This document shows positions 40,342 through 49,822 of a stretch of DNA of 64,000 bases, one piece after another. Within the stretch, counting starts at the first letter, position 1. Every line of letters begins with the position of its first letter. Position numbers and translations under genes: made by a program. Origin of the DNA: Nitrospirota bacterium (lineage in GTDB: Bacteria; Nitrospirota; UBA9217); assembly GCA_963737155.1 (NCBI GenBank), contig CAVTRN010000002.1, positions 1,664,001-1,728,000 of the forward strand, written 5' to 3'. Under the pieces are notes generated by a model. It did not search any database, was not told the origin of the DNA, and saw nothing but the letters and a program-made list of their open reading frames with translations.

Positions 40342-43191
40342 ATGAATTTAACTGACTACCATGCAAAATTCTTTGCCCATGAGCTAACGAAGCGTTGCGC
40401 TTCAGACAGCATTGAAAAACTTGCCGGCGCGTTGGTTGATGCCCAGGTGGACCTAAATCCCCATCAGGTGGATGCTGCACTCTTTGCCTTCAGGTCACCG
40501 CTCTCAAAAGGGGGAATCCTTGCTGATGAAGTCGGGCTAGGTAAGACCATTGAGGCCGGGCTCGTCATATCGCAGCACTGGGCTGAGCGCCATCGTCGCA
40601 TTCTGATCATCACGCCTGCTAACCTTCGAAAACAATGGCACCAGGAACTGCAGGAAAAATTCTTTCTGTCCTCGATAATCCTTGAAAGCAAGCCTTACAA
40701 CGAAGCAATCAAAAACGAGAATTTCCGTCCTTTTGAATCAGACAAGATCATTATCTGCTCCTATCAGTTTGCACGCGGTAAAGCAGCAGATGTCAATGCT
40801 ATACCGTGGGATCTTGTTGTGATCGACGAAGCTCACCGATTGCGCAATGTGTACAAACCGTCCAATGTTATCGCAAACACGTTAAAGCAGGCACTGATAC
40901 ACACGCCTAAGCTGCTCCTCACTGCCACGCCGCTCCAGAATTCGCTCCTGGAGCTATATGGTCTTGTTAGTTTCATCGATGAGCACACTTTTGGCGATCT
41001 CAAGAGCTTTCGCGAACAGTACGCTAATTTGAGTGATGAACGCACATTCGCAGCGCTCAAGGCACGCCTCAAACCGATCTGCCACCGGACCCTCCGGCGT
41101 CAGGTGCTACCCTATGTGCGCTTTACCCAGCGATATTCCATAGTTCAGCCATTTACTCCAGAGGAGAGCGAAGACCGGCTCTACAATTTTGTTTCCGACT
41201 ATCTTCGTCGCGACAACCTGCAAGCCCTTCTATCAAGCCAAAGGGCACTCATGACATTGGTACTCAGGAAAATCCTCGCTTCCTCGTCCTTCGCTATCGC
41301 CGGTTCTCTCGAAACTTTAAGTAAGCGTCTCCAACTCCGAATTAAGAAACAGGAACCAGAAGCACCCCTTTCGGACGAACTCGACAAGGATTACGAAGCC
41401 CTTGGGGAGACAGCAGATGAATGGGGAAATGGAGAACAAGAGACGCCGTTATCCGCCGAGGACAGAGCAGCCATTGAACAGGAAATCAGTGATCTCGAAA
41501 GCTTCCGACAGCTTGCTCTCTCCATTGATTACAATGCTAAGGGAAGAGCACTTTTAAAGGCGCTTGAAATCGCATTTGCCAAAGCACGAGAAATCGGAGC
41601 CGAAGAAAAGGCTATCATCTTCACTGAATCTCGCCGCACACAGACCTATTTGCTGCGCGTACTTGCCGAAAGTCCATGGAGTGCAGGTGTCGTCCTGTTT
41701 AACGGCACAAACAACGACGAAAGCTCACGTCAGATATACAAGGACTGGTTCAAAAAGTATGAAGGCACGGACCGTGTCACTGGATCGCGCACCGCAGATA
41801 TGCGATCGGCGCTTGTCGATTACTTCCGGGAAGAAGGCAGGATCATGATTGCCACCGAGGCGGGCGCAGAAGGTATCAACCTCCAGTTCTGTTCTCTTGT
41901 TGTAAATTACGATCTACCCTGGAACCCCCAGCGCATTGAGCAGCGAATCGGTCGTTGCCACCGCTACGGCCAAAAGCACGATGTTGTGGTCGTGAATTTC
42001 CTGAACCGGAAAAACGAAGCGGACCAGCGCGTTTTCCAGCTACTTTCGGAGAAGTTCATGCTGTTCGAGGGGGTCTTCGGCGCAAGCGATGAGGTTCTCG
42101 GTGCAATTGAATCCGGCGTGGATTTCGAGAAGCGTATTGCCGACATCTATCAGCGATGCCGCACGCCGGAGGATATAAAGGCATCGTTCGATCAGCTTCA
42201 GCTTGAGATGAATATCCAGATCGACGAGGCCATGACGCGTACCCGTCGCCAGCTGCTTGAAAACTTCGATGATGAAGTACGAGAAAAGCTTCGTGTGAGC
42301 GATGAAAGTACCCGACAATACCTTAATCGCTATGAACGTTTGCTTATACAGCTCACGCGATATGAATTGGGCAATCATGCGGAGTTTTTGGATGATTCGT
42401 CCTTTCGATTAAAATCTTGCCCTTTTCATGGAGACATCCCAATCGGCCTCTATGAGTTACCCAGACGGACCGGTGAAGCCCATCTTTACCGACTAAGCCA
42501 TCCGCTGGCTGCCAGTATCCTTGAACAGGCTAAGGTGCGCAACGTTCCTCCTGCTGAGATAATCTTCGACTATAGCGGACACGAGGGTAAAGTTAGCAGG
42601 TTGGAGCCTTATATTGGGAAACGTGGGGATTTACTTCTCAGCCTCTTTACAGTCGAATCACTTGACCAGGCCGAAGACCATGTGCTTTGTTCAGCTATTA
42701 CCGAAGATGGTCAGATTCTTGAGGAAGAACTTGCACAAAGGCTTTTGTCTTTGCCGGCGAAAGTTGTTTCTCCGTTGACAGACACCCCGAATAGTGACAA
42801 ACTAAAAGCGCTGACAGAACAACGCCAGAAAGCTATTCAAAAAGGCATCTCCGAAAAAAATGCGAAATATTTTGAGATCGAGGCGGAAAAGCTGGACGGG
42901 TGGGCGGATGATCTGAAGCTTGGTTTGGAGCGGGAGATCAAGGACCTTGACCGGCAGATTAAAGAGACCAGGCGCACAGCAACAGCAGCATTGACCCTGG
43001 AGGAGAAGCTTGTTGGACAGAAACAGATCAAAGCTCTTGAATCACAGCGAGGCCAGAAACGTAAGTCATTGTTCGAGGCCCAGGATGAGATTGATAGGCA
43101 ACGGGAGAGCCTAATAAGGGAGATTGAGGGAAAGCTAAGCCAAAAGGTTGAGCTGGTCAACTTGTTTCGCTTGCGGTGGAGGCTGACATAA
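40342..43191 (+). CDS. SNF2-family helicase
   Basis: LADEVGLGKT, DEAH, TATP, EGINLQ, YDLPWNP and QRIGRCHR motifs. Confidence 0.93.
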   Translation: MNLTDYHAKFFAHELTKRCASDSIEKLAGALVDAQVDLNPHQVDAALFAFRSPLSKGGILADEVGLGKTIEAGLVISQHWAERHRRILIITPANLRKQWHQELQEKFFLSSIILESKPYNEAIKNENFRPFESDKIIICSYQFARGKAADVNAIPWDLVVIDEAHRLRNVYKPSNVIANTLKQALIHTPKLLLTATPLQNSLLELYGLVSFIDEHTFGDLKSFREQYANLSDERTFAALKARLKPICHRTLRRQVLPYVRFTQRYSIVQPFTPEESEDRLYNFVSDYLRRDNLQALLSSQRALMTLVLRKILASSSFAIAGSLETLSKRLQLRIKKQEPEAPLSDELDKDYEALGETADEWGNGEQETPLSAEDRAAIEQEISDLESFRQLALSIDYNAKGRALLKALEIAFAKAREIGAEEKAIIFTESRRTQTYLLRVLAESPWSAGVVLFNGTNNDESSRQIYKDWFKKYEGTDRVTGSRTADMRSALVDYFREEGRIMIATEAGAEGINLQFCSLVVNYDLPWNPQRIEQRIGRCHRYGQKHDVVVVNFLNRKNEADQRVFQLLSEKFMLFEGVFGASDEVLGAIESGVDFEKRIADIYQRCRTPEDIKASFDQLQLEMNIQIDEAMTRTRRQLLENFDDEVREKLRVSDESTRQYLNRYERLLIQLTRYELGNHAEFLDDSSFRLKSCPFHGDIPIGLYELPRRTGEAHLYRLSHPLAASILEQAKVRNVPPAEIIFDYSGHEGKVSRLEPYIGKRGDLLLSLFTVESLDQAEDHVLCSAITEDGQILEEELAQRLLSLPAKVVSPLTDTPNSDKLKALTEQRQKAIQKGISEKNAKYFEIEAEKLDGWADDLKLGLEREIKDLDRQIKETRRTATAALTLEEKLVGQKQIKALESQRGQKRKSLFEAQDEIDRQRESLIREIEGKLSQKVELVNLFRLRWRLT

Positions 43192-43382
43192 TGACACCTG
43201 ATGAAGAAATAGCCGCCAATATTCTCAGTCAATTCAAAGAAATTAAACTTCTTTCAGATGATGCTATTAAGAAATTGGGAGATTCATTAGCTAAAGGACA
43301 AATCAGTGCTGAAGAATGGCGGCTTGTATTTGAAACTGATCAGCCCATGACGGGGGACGGCGATGGCCACAAAGATAACTAA
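43191..43382 (+). CDS. Small hypothetical protein coupled to the ATPase
   Basis: TAATG overlap with the helicase stop. Overlaps the start of the next gene. Confidence 0.6.
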   Translation: MTPDEEIAANILSQFKEIKLLSDDAIKKLGDSLAKGQISAEEWRLVFETDQPMTGDGDGHKDN

Positions 43383-45738
43383 GATCAACATGGCCGGTTT
43401 CAGAGGATCAGTTACGCCTTCTGAAATTGTGTTAGATCCGAATAAGCCTGTTACCTTGATCTTTGGAGAGAATGGAACAGGGAAAACTACAATTGCAGAT
43501 GCCCTCGATTTCACATGCAATAAGTCGTTCGGCTCACTCGATAATTACAGTTTTGGACAAGGAGCATCCGCAAAGAAGTTCGTTCCCTCGATAGGATGTA
43601 AACCTGCAAGCTTAAGTGTGTCAGTTACTTGTGGTGATAAGAAATGGACAGCTATATTGGCAAAAGACGGCCCTTCTGTTTCGCCCACTACAGATTGCCC
43701 AGATGCACGCATCCTGAGGAGAAGGACAATACTAAAGCTTATCGAAACTCAGCCAAAGCAGCGTTATGAAGAACTGAAAACCTTCATCGCTGTGCCCGGT
43801 ATTGAAGCCTCTGAGAATGGCTTGCGAAAAGCTATCGATAATATTGATCGCATGTTCAATGAAGCTGTGCGCGCTTTATCTCAGGCAACTGAAGAATTGG
43901 ACAAACTATGGATTGCCGAGGGGAAGCCCGAAAATACAGCGGTCAAATGGGCAACGATCGAGTCTAAGAAGGATGTAACTCAACTTCAATCCAACGTGAT
44001 AGCGGCTGACAATGTGTTGCGGTTACTGCAGTTATGCGACGAACCCCTTGCTGCTTTAGATAAAGTTCTCGAAGAACAAAAGGAAGCTGAAGTGGAACTT
44101 AGCACTGCGGAGGCAACGCTAAAAGAAGCAGAGGCAAAACATGCTGAACAAAATGCAAACCTGGTAAAACTTCTTCAAGATGCAAAGAAATATATTGGTC
44201 AGCAAGAGGTACTTTCGAGTTGCCCTGTATGTGAGAACAAAATAGATTCGGCAATCCTGATAACCCGTCTTGCTGAAAGAATTACACAAATGCAAGAACT
44301 GGCTAGCCTGATGGATAGCGTTACTGCGGCGCGGCGACAAGTTGATGGGAAGAAAACTCTGTCAGCACAAGCGCAAAAGAACTTCTGCTCTAAAATAAAA
44401 TCCGCAGGAACCGCTCTTAAGGGTTCAACACTTAAAGAAGTTCTATCGCTAGGAATAGATTGGCAAGAGTTTGACGACGTTCTATTACATGAAGAGTCAG
44501 ATGACACAATAGAGCTAAAGTGTCGCTCATTCTGGGCAATAGTGTTACCCTGTCGCGAGCCGATTCAGGCGCTAAAAAATGCGGAACAAAAGTCTGTAAA
44601 CCAGCATAACGCAATAGCAGGCCATGTTGATACGCTGAAAAAAAAAGCTGTTGATGCCAAGAATTATGAGATATTAGTATCTAAACTAAAGAAGGCGCTG
44701 GACATAGTCGCGACTCAAAGAAAGACCTATATAGAAGGGGTACTTGCAGGAATCGCCACAGAGGTTGAAGCGCTTTATACTAAACTGCATCCTGATGAGG
44801 GTATCGGTGCGATTAGATTCTATCTTAAACCGAATACGATCGGTTCTCTCGAGTTTGATGCTCGGTTCCAAGATGTTGAAGAAGTTCCACCGCAAGCATA
44901 TTATAGCGAGTCCCACTTAGACACTCTTGGGATATGCGTATTTCTAACGCTATCAAAACGTTTCAAAACGAAGAATACTGTTATCGTGCTGGATGACGTT
45001 TTAACCTCGATTGACGGTCAGCATCTGCGGAGATTTATGGATTTACTACATAAGGAGGCAAACCTATTTAATCAAGTTATTGTGACGACCCACTATAGAC
45101 CTTGGCGTGACATGTATCGGTGGGCAAAGGGTCCTGCTGCAAATACGCAATTAATAGAGCTCGGTCCTTGGACCTTGACAAATGGATTGCAAGTTCGACA
45201 ATTCTTTACTGCAGTTGATGAGTTGCGGGCCGAGCTCGAACGACCAAAAATTGATCGTCAAGCCGCATCATCTAAAGGAGGCATTGTTCTTGAGTCTCTA
45301 CTCGATTTCTTAACGCTAAAATATCGCAGTCCACTGCCTCACAATTTGACTAATGAATACACCTTGGGGGAACTTGCTGCAGGTATCGATTCCAAGCTCG
45401 GGAAAGAACTGCGCGTTCGAAAACCGTTAGCATCAGGTACAGGGATATCTGAAACAAACCTGAAACCCCTGATCGTCATTGCCACAGGCCCCAATTGGAT
45501 TCGCAACTGTGTGGGATGTCATTTCACCAAACTTGGAAGCGAAGTCTCAGATCAGGATGTTCTCGCTTTTGCTAATGGTGTCTTAGCTCTTGCCGATCAA
45601 TTAATATGTGGATTGTGCGGAACGCTTCCGACTAGAAGACCTTCGGGAAGTAACTGGCAATGTAAGTGTGGCAAACTCGAACTATATCCACTCGTATATC
45701 CAGGGGCAGATCCTAAAACTGTTGATGATGAGAATTGA
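43363..45738 (+). CDS. Rad50/SMC-type ABC ATPase with a zinc hook and C-terminal HEPN-like domain (RloC-like)
   Basis: GENGTGKT, coiled coil, CPVC hook, YSESH signature, LDDV..SID, TTH and C-terminal RNCVGCH. Confidence 0.75.
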   Translation: MATKITKINMAGFRGSVTPSEIVLDPNKPVTLIFGENGTGKTTIADALDFTCNKSFGSLDNYSFGQGASAKKFVPSIGCKPASLSVSVTCGDKKWTAILAKDGPSVSPTTDCPDARILRRRTILKLIETQPKQRYEELKTFIAVPGIEASENGLRKAIDNIDRMFNEAVRALSQATEELDKLWIAEGKPENTAVKWATIESKKDVTQLQSNVIAADNVLRLLQLCDEPLAALDKVLEEQKEAEVELSTAEATLKEAEAKHAEQNANLVKLLQDAKKYIGQQEVLSSCPVCENKIDSAILITRLAERITQMQELASLMDSVTAARRQVDGKKTLSAQAQKNFCSKIKSAGTALKGSTLKEVLSLGIDWQEFDDVLLHEESDDTIELKCRSFWAIVLPCREPIQALKNAEQKSVNQHNAIAGHVDTLKKKAVDAKNYEILVSKLKKALDIVATQRKTYIEGVLAGIATEVEALYTKLHPDEGIGAIRFYLKPNTIGSLEFDARFQDVEEVPPQAYYSESHLDTLGICVFLTLSKRFKTKNTVIVLDDVLTSIDGQHLRRFMDLLHKEANLFNQVIVTTHYRPWRDMYRWAKGPAANTQLIELGPWTLTNGLQVRQFFTAVDELRAELERPKIDRQAASSKGGIVLESLLDFLTLKYRSPLPHNLTNEYTLGELAAGIDSKLGKELRVRKPLASGTGISETNLKPLIVIATGPNWIRNCVGCHFTKLGSEVSDQDVLAFANGVLALADQLICGLCGTLPTRRPSGSNWQCKCGKLELYPLVYPGADPKTVDDEN

Positions 45739-45864
45739 ATAAGGAAAATATGCTGAGGGAGTAGAAAGATGTCACTCTATACCAGAAACGAACTGCGCCA
45801 AAGAAGGCAGCGGTTAGCAGCGCCTGCTCACAGTCGTTGAATACAGATATAGGATTATGTCGCT

Positions 45865-46725
45865 ATGACAAATAACAACAAGGTCGTATTGTTTGTAGAT
45901 ATTCTCGGGTTTGCCTCATTAACGGAGTCATGCCCGCTTGATCTTGATCTCTTGAAAGCACACGACAGACTTTTTGCCAATTATGAAAAGATTATGGCCT
46001 CACCCGATAATCAATTGATCCGTACTTTTTCAAAGTTTCATTCATCTCTTAGGTCGAATCTTAACCTTGCAAGCATGGAGCACTCATTGACTGCCATTAC
46101 ATTCTCTGATTCAGCTTTTATTACGACGACGTACGCTTATGAAGCTGTTAATATCGCGATTAGTCTCCAGCAATCATTGCTCTGGCAGAAGGTCCCGGTT
46201 CGAATGGGTATCGCTTATGGTTCGTTTGCAGCACTGAGGTTCAGATCTGACATCAGCGCCGATGATGGGGATCACGCGGCTCAATTCCTCGGGACTGGCA
46301 TAGTGCGTGCACATGCTGCAGAAACCTGTGGGATTAAGGGGCTTAGAATCTTGCTCCACCCATCAATTATACCCCTGTTCGATAATACCCGCCATAACCC
46401 TAAATCTCCCGATGAGATGTCGCACCCGATGCGTTATCTCGAATGTCCGGAAAAAGATCGGACTAAAAATAAGATTGGTGTGCACAATGAAATAGACTTC
46501 TGGCATTTCAAGCCCACAAAGGAAGCCGACGTATGGCACGCATTTCAAGACATGTGGAAGGACGCACCGGAATCTGAATATGAACACTACGAAGAAACAG
46601 CAGAAGCCATCAATCGAATGAGGATAGCCCAGGGCTATGAGCCCTTAAGTAACTTACGACGTCGAATTTTGCCGAGGGGCGTTACCAAGTCAAGTAAAAA
46701 CATTTCCACCGGCAAAATGAATTAA
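45865..46725 (+). CDS. Class III nucleotide-cyclase-like protein
   Basis: LFVDILGF...FSDS...VRMGIAYG...GIVRAHAAE...RILL. Confidence 0.65.
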   Translation: MTNNNKVVLFVDILGFASLTESCPLDLDLLKAHDRLFANYEKIMASPDNQLIRTFSKFHSSLRSNLNLASMEHSLTAITFSDSAFITTTYAYEAVNIAISLQQSLLWQKVPVRMGIAYGSFAALRFRSDISADDGDHAAQFLGTGIVRAHAAETCGIKGLRILLHPSIIPLFDNTRHNPKSPDEMSHPMRYLECPEKDRTKNKIGVHNEIDFWHFKPTKEADVWHAFQDMWKDAPESEYEHYEETAEAINRMRIAQGYEPLSNLRRRILPRGVTKSSKNISTGKMN

Positions 46726-46788
46726 CTATGATGAACAAATAATATAAACGCGAACCACTTTGGAAAAGACCAAGGCGGAGATATACAA

Positions 46789-47361
46789 GTGAAGCTCAAA
46801 TTACTGCCGTCACTTTTGATTTTTATAAGTTCATATTTTCCATTGGCACTGATCTTTTTGATAAAGGATTTAGATGCCAAAACCTATTATCCGCAGCATC
46901 CATATGTAGCTGGGGCGGTCACCGTTGTAACATTGTTGGCCTGCTTCAGTGCCATTTTTGCCGCTCGTTCTATAAATGGCGGTGTTCCAGTAAAGATTGT
47001 AAGGATATCCAATAAATCTGGTGACATGTTTACGTACACAATTCCCTACATGATTTCATTCTATAATTTTACGCTAGGAGATTGGAAAACACTGCTAAGC
47101 TTATTGGTGTTCATGATTTTGATGTTTGCACTGGCTTATAGAACTCAAAACTTGCTGGTAAACCCAGTTCTCGCCTTGGCGGGTTACGGGCTTTATGATT
47201 GCCAGTTTAAGGATGGCGCTACGGATAATCAAGGCTTTCTATTATCAAAGGATGAATTCAGGGTCGGTGATGCATGCGTTATAGAAAGGCTTTCAACTTT
47301 TCTATATTTTGTGACAAAAACCATTCCAGCGGAGAACGGTCATGACAACCAAACCAGCTAA
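46789..47361 (+). CDS. kwaA: Kiwa anti-phage membrane protein KwaA
   Basis: Four TMs, with FISSYFPL, YTIPY and NPVLALAGY motifs. Overlaps the downstream KwaB-like gene. Confidence 0.78.
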   Translation: MKLKLLPSLLIFISSYFPLALIFLIKDLDAKTYYPQHPYVAGAVTVVTLLACFSAIFAARSINGGVPVKIVRISNKSGDMFTYTIPYMISFYNFTLGDWKTLLSLLVFMILMFALAYRTQNLLVNPVLALAGYGLYDCQFKDGATDNQGFLLSKDEFRVGDACVIERLSTFLYFVTKTIPAENGHDNQTS

Positions 47362-47612
47362 AAGGATAGCACATCTTCGCAAGATCGATTTTAAATCGTG
47401 GCATGCTACTCTCTGGTTGATAAAGCGACATCTAGTGAATAGGGAGGCGGTATACTCTGTTCTTCGCGTTGATATTGATAAAAAATTGCAAGTTAGACTT
47501 AAAAAGTCGACCACTGATAAGGTGCAAAACAGCCAGTATAAACTAGAAGAGTACTCATTTTCGACAGCAGACCAAGACGAACACGCTTTTACGATGGATA
47601 CGACCGAAAATG

Positions 47613-49136
47613 GACGAGGTCAAGCTTTTAGTTGAAATTATCTGAGTGGCCCGTTCCCTTCGGCTAAAGTATTTTTATCGGTTCAACGGTGTAAATCATC
47701 GCTGTTTATAAAATCGGATTCGTAGGATCGCCATATGTGAGTTTTCTGAGGCCGAGCCATACCTAACCATCCCCCTTTACGCAGCCTCTTTGACTGTTAG
47801 GTCATTTAATTCTTCCGCTTCGATCCGTTTCATCACGTCCGCGATGAAGGCGTGGCCCTTGATCTTTCTGAATCCTTGTTCAGCATATAAGAGGACAGAA
47901 GCGAGCCAGCGCTGCATCATCTTGCTGTCGCGGTAGCGCTTTATATTGCCTTCTGCTTTTCTCACCGTGGAAAACATGCTCTCGATAGGATTGGTAGAAT
48001 GCAACGTCTTCCTCAAGAGAGCGGGGACCTTCAATCGATGAAGGGTGAGAATGTCTTCTATCGCTTCCATGAGCGAATCAGCCGCCGACTCATTAATGCC
48101 CCGAAGCCATTTCTCCATGTCCAGAAGCATCTGACGAGCGTCCGCGTAATTATTCTGCTCCAGGGCTGTCCGGAACCTCCAGTGTGCGCCTTTCCGGTAT
48201 TTCTTCGGCAAATGATGCTGTATATTCCGGTCCTTGTGGATCGTGCACCGCTGATGGATGAGTTTCTTACCGAAGCGATCCCGGAGTGCCTTGATTACGC
48301 CCTTGCCGCCATCGGTAACCCAGATGATTCGTCGTGAAAGTATCAGACCCCGCCGCTCTATATCAGAAAACAGCTCTTCACACAGTTCATGGTTCTCCGT
48401 CGCCCCCTGCCAGAACCCCAATGTCTGCTTCTTTCCGGCAATATCAAGCCCCAGCGCCACGATGAATGCCTCTCCGCCGCGGTGAACAGTGTCTAAAAAG
48501 ACCGCAAAGGGAACGAATGACGTGAGTGACCGTTCCTTAAACTCCTGAAGCTGTTTTGCTGTTGCCGCGACGATATGGCTCGATACCGTGCTGGCGGACA
48601 CTCCAAATGCTCGTGCCGTATCTACAACTGTCTCCGCATACTTCCGGCATGATATGCCCCGAAGCACCTTTCCAAGCAATTCTTCTGCGAAGACTTCCGG
48701 TTTTTTCATCTTCTGATAGCTCTGCAGTACAATCTCACCCGCCGGACCTCGAAGCCGAGGGTGGGTCACCGGGATCTTCTGATCGCCGATATAGACGGAA
48801 CCGCCCTGGCTAGCCCACTTCCGCAGATCGGGACTGTTAGGCTGGTAGTCGGGGCCGGCAATCTCCTCCCGCTCGATGTACATGATCGTCTCTGCCATCA
48901 TTCTGCCCATTTCCTTCATGCATTCATCAAAACCCTGTTTCCCTTTTGCGAAGACACAATACATCTGTTCGATGATCTCCCGCCTTCCGTATGCCTCTTC
49001 AATTCCTCGTATTGCCTTTTTTCTCTTCCTTGTGGTATCCTTCATTGAGTGGCTCCTTTCTTTTTTCTCTCTCTACCGTGGATTATGCCACGGGGAAGCC
49101 ACTCTTTTCAATTTCAACTAAAAACAGTATAACCTG
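47613..49136 (-). mobile_element. IS256-family insertion sequence (1524 bp)
   Basis: 8-bp target duplication CGAAAATG (47605-47612, 49137-49144) and inverted repeats with the core TTTTAGTTGAAATT. Confidence 0.9.
47777..49045 (-). CDS. IS256/Mutator-family transposase
   Basis: FLD, VTDG, QRCTIHK.RN and STNPIES motifs. Confidence 0.92.
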   Translation of the reverse strand: MKDTTRKRKKAIRGIEEAYGRREIIEQMYCVFAKGKQGFDECMKEMGRMMAETIMYIEREEIAGPDYQPNSPDLRKWASQGGSVYIGDQKIPVTHPRLRGPAGEIVLQSYQKMKKPEVFAEELLGKVLRGISCRKYAETVVDTARAFGVSASTVSSHIVAATAKQLQEFKERSLTSFVPFAVFLDTVHRGGEAFIVALGLDIAGKKQTLGFWQGATENHELCEELFSDIERRGLILSRRIIWVTDGGKGVIKALRDRFGKKLIHQRCTIHKDRNIQHHLPKKYRKGAHWRFRTALEQNNYADARQMLLDMEKWLRGINESAADSLMEAIEDILTLHRLKVPALLRKTLHSTNPIESMFSTVRKAEGNIKRYRDSKMMQRWLASVLLYAEQGFRKIKGHAFIADVMKRIEAEELNDLTVKEAA

Positions 49137-49822
49137 CGAAAATGATTTTATCAAAATTCAACGAGAAATTGAAAAAGGACTTCAAAACAAGAAGGCGCAA
49201 ACATATGAAGAACTACTCAATTCATGGGCGTATGTAACCAAGCTTGAACATGATGGCGCGACTGTTTACGGCGTGAAAAAGATTAACGCCATAACGAAAG
49301 CCAAAAAAGTTTATAGTGTCGCCACATTATTATTTCAAGATCACTTGTTGGTTGACCTTGCTGATAAAGAAGTGTTAACTATACCAACAGACCTAGATTT
49401 TTTTGTCTATGATGGGACAACGTTCATTACTAATAAGAAGGCTTTTGAGAACACCTTGAACTTTCGCAGAGGAATGGAAAACAACCGAGACCTTGTTTTG
49501 GAAGAATTCGGATCACTTCGGTTATTTAGCAGCATTGAACCTATCAAAAAGATAGTTGGGTCTAATCTTCATTTATTGAGGATGCTGTCTTCAATTCAGA
49601 AGAGTGGCTACTATAAAGACAAAGTATACATGGAAAATCTGATCAAACTTAATGAAATAGAAAACTGGCAACTTGTTATAAACGATAATCAAATTGTTGT
49701 GACTGAAGAGAATGTAGAGCTTGTGCTCACATTGCTTAATAATAACCGTCTTAAATCGCCTATTAATCAGGAAGTATTCGATGCACAAGTTAAGAAAAAG
49801 GTCAGTTGAATAGGGTAGCGGA

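Larger units (their letters stand above)
47342..49809 (+). pseudogene. kwaB: KwaB (DUF4868-like) split by an IS: 47342-47612 + 49145-49809
   Basis: Removing the IS and one copy of the CGAAAATG duplication rejoins ...MDTTEN-DFIKIQRE... into a 311-aa ORF with DFFVYDG...NKKAFE...F motifs. Confidence 0.78.

Noticed and set aside
47606-47615. AAAATGGAC motif matching the island end motif
   Set aside because: Created by chance at the junction of the IS256 target duplication and the IS end.
48991-49144. Start of the 272-aa ORF
   Set aside because: It lies within the IS256 end. The true 5' part of the gene is at 47342-47612.
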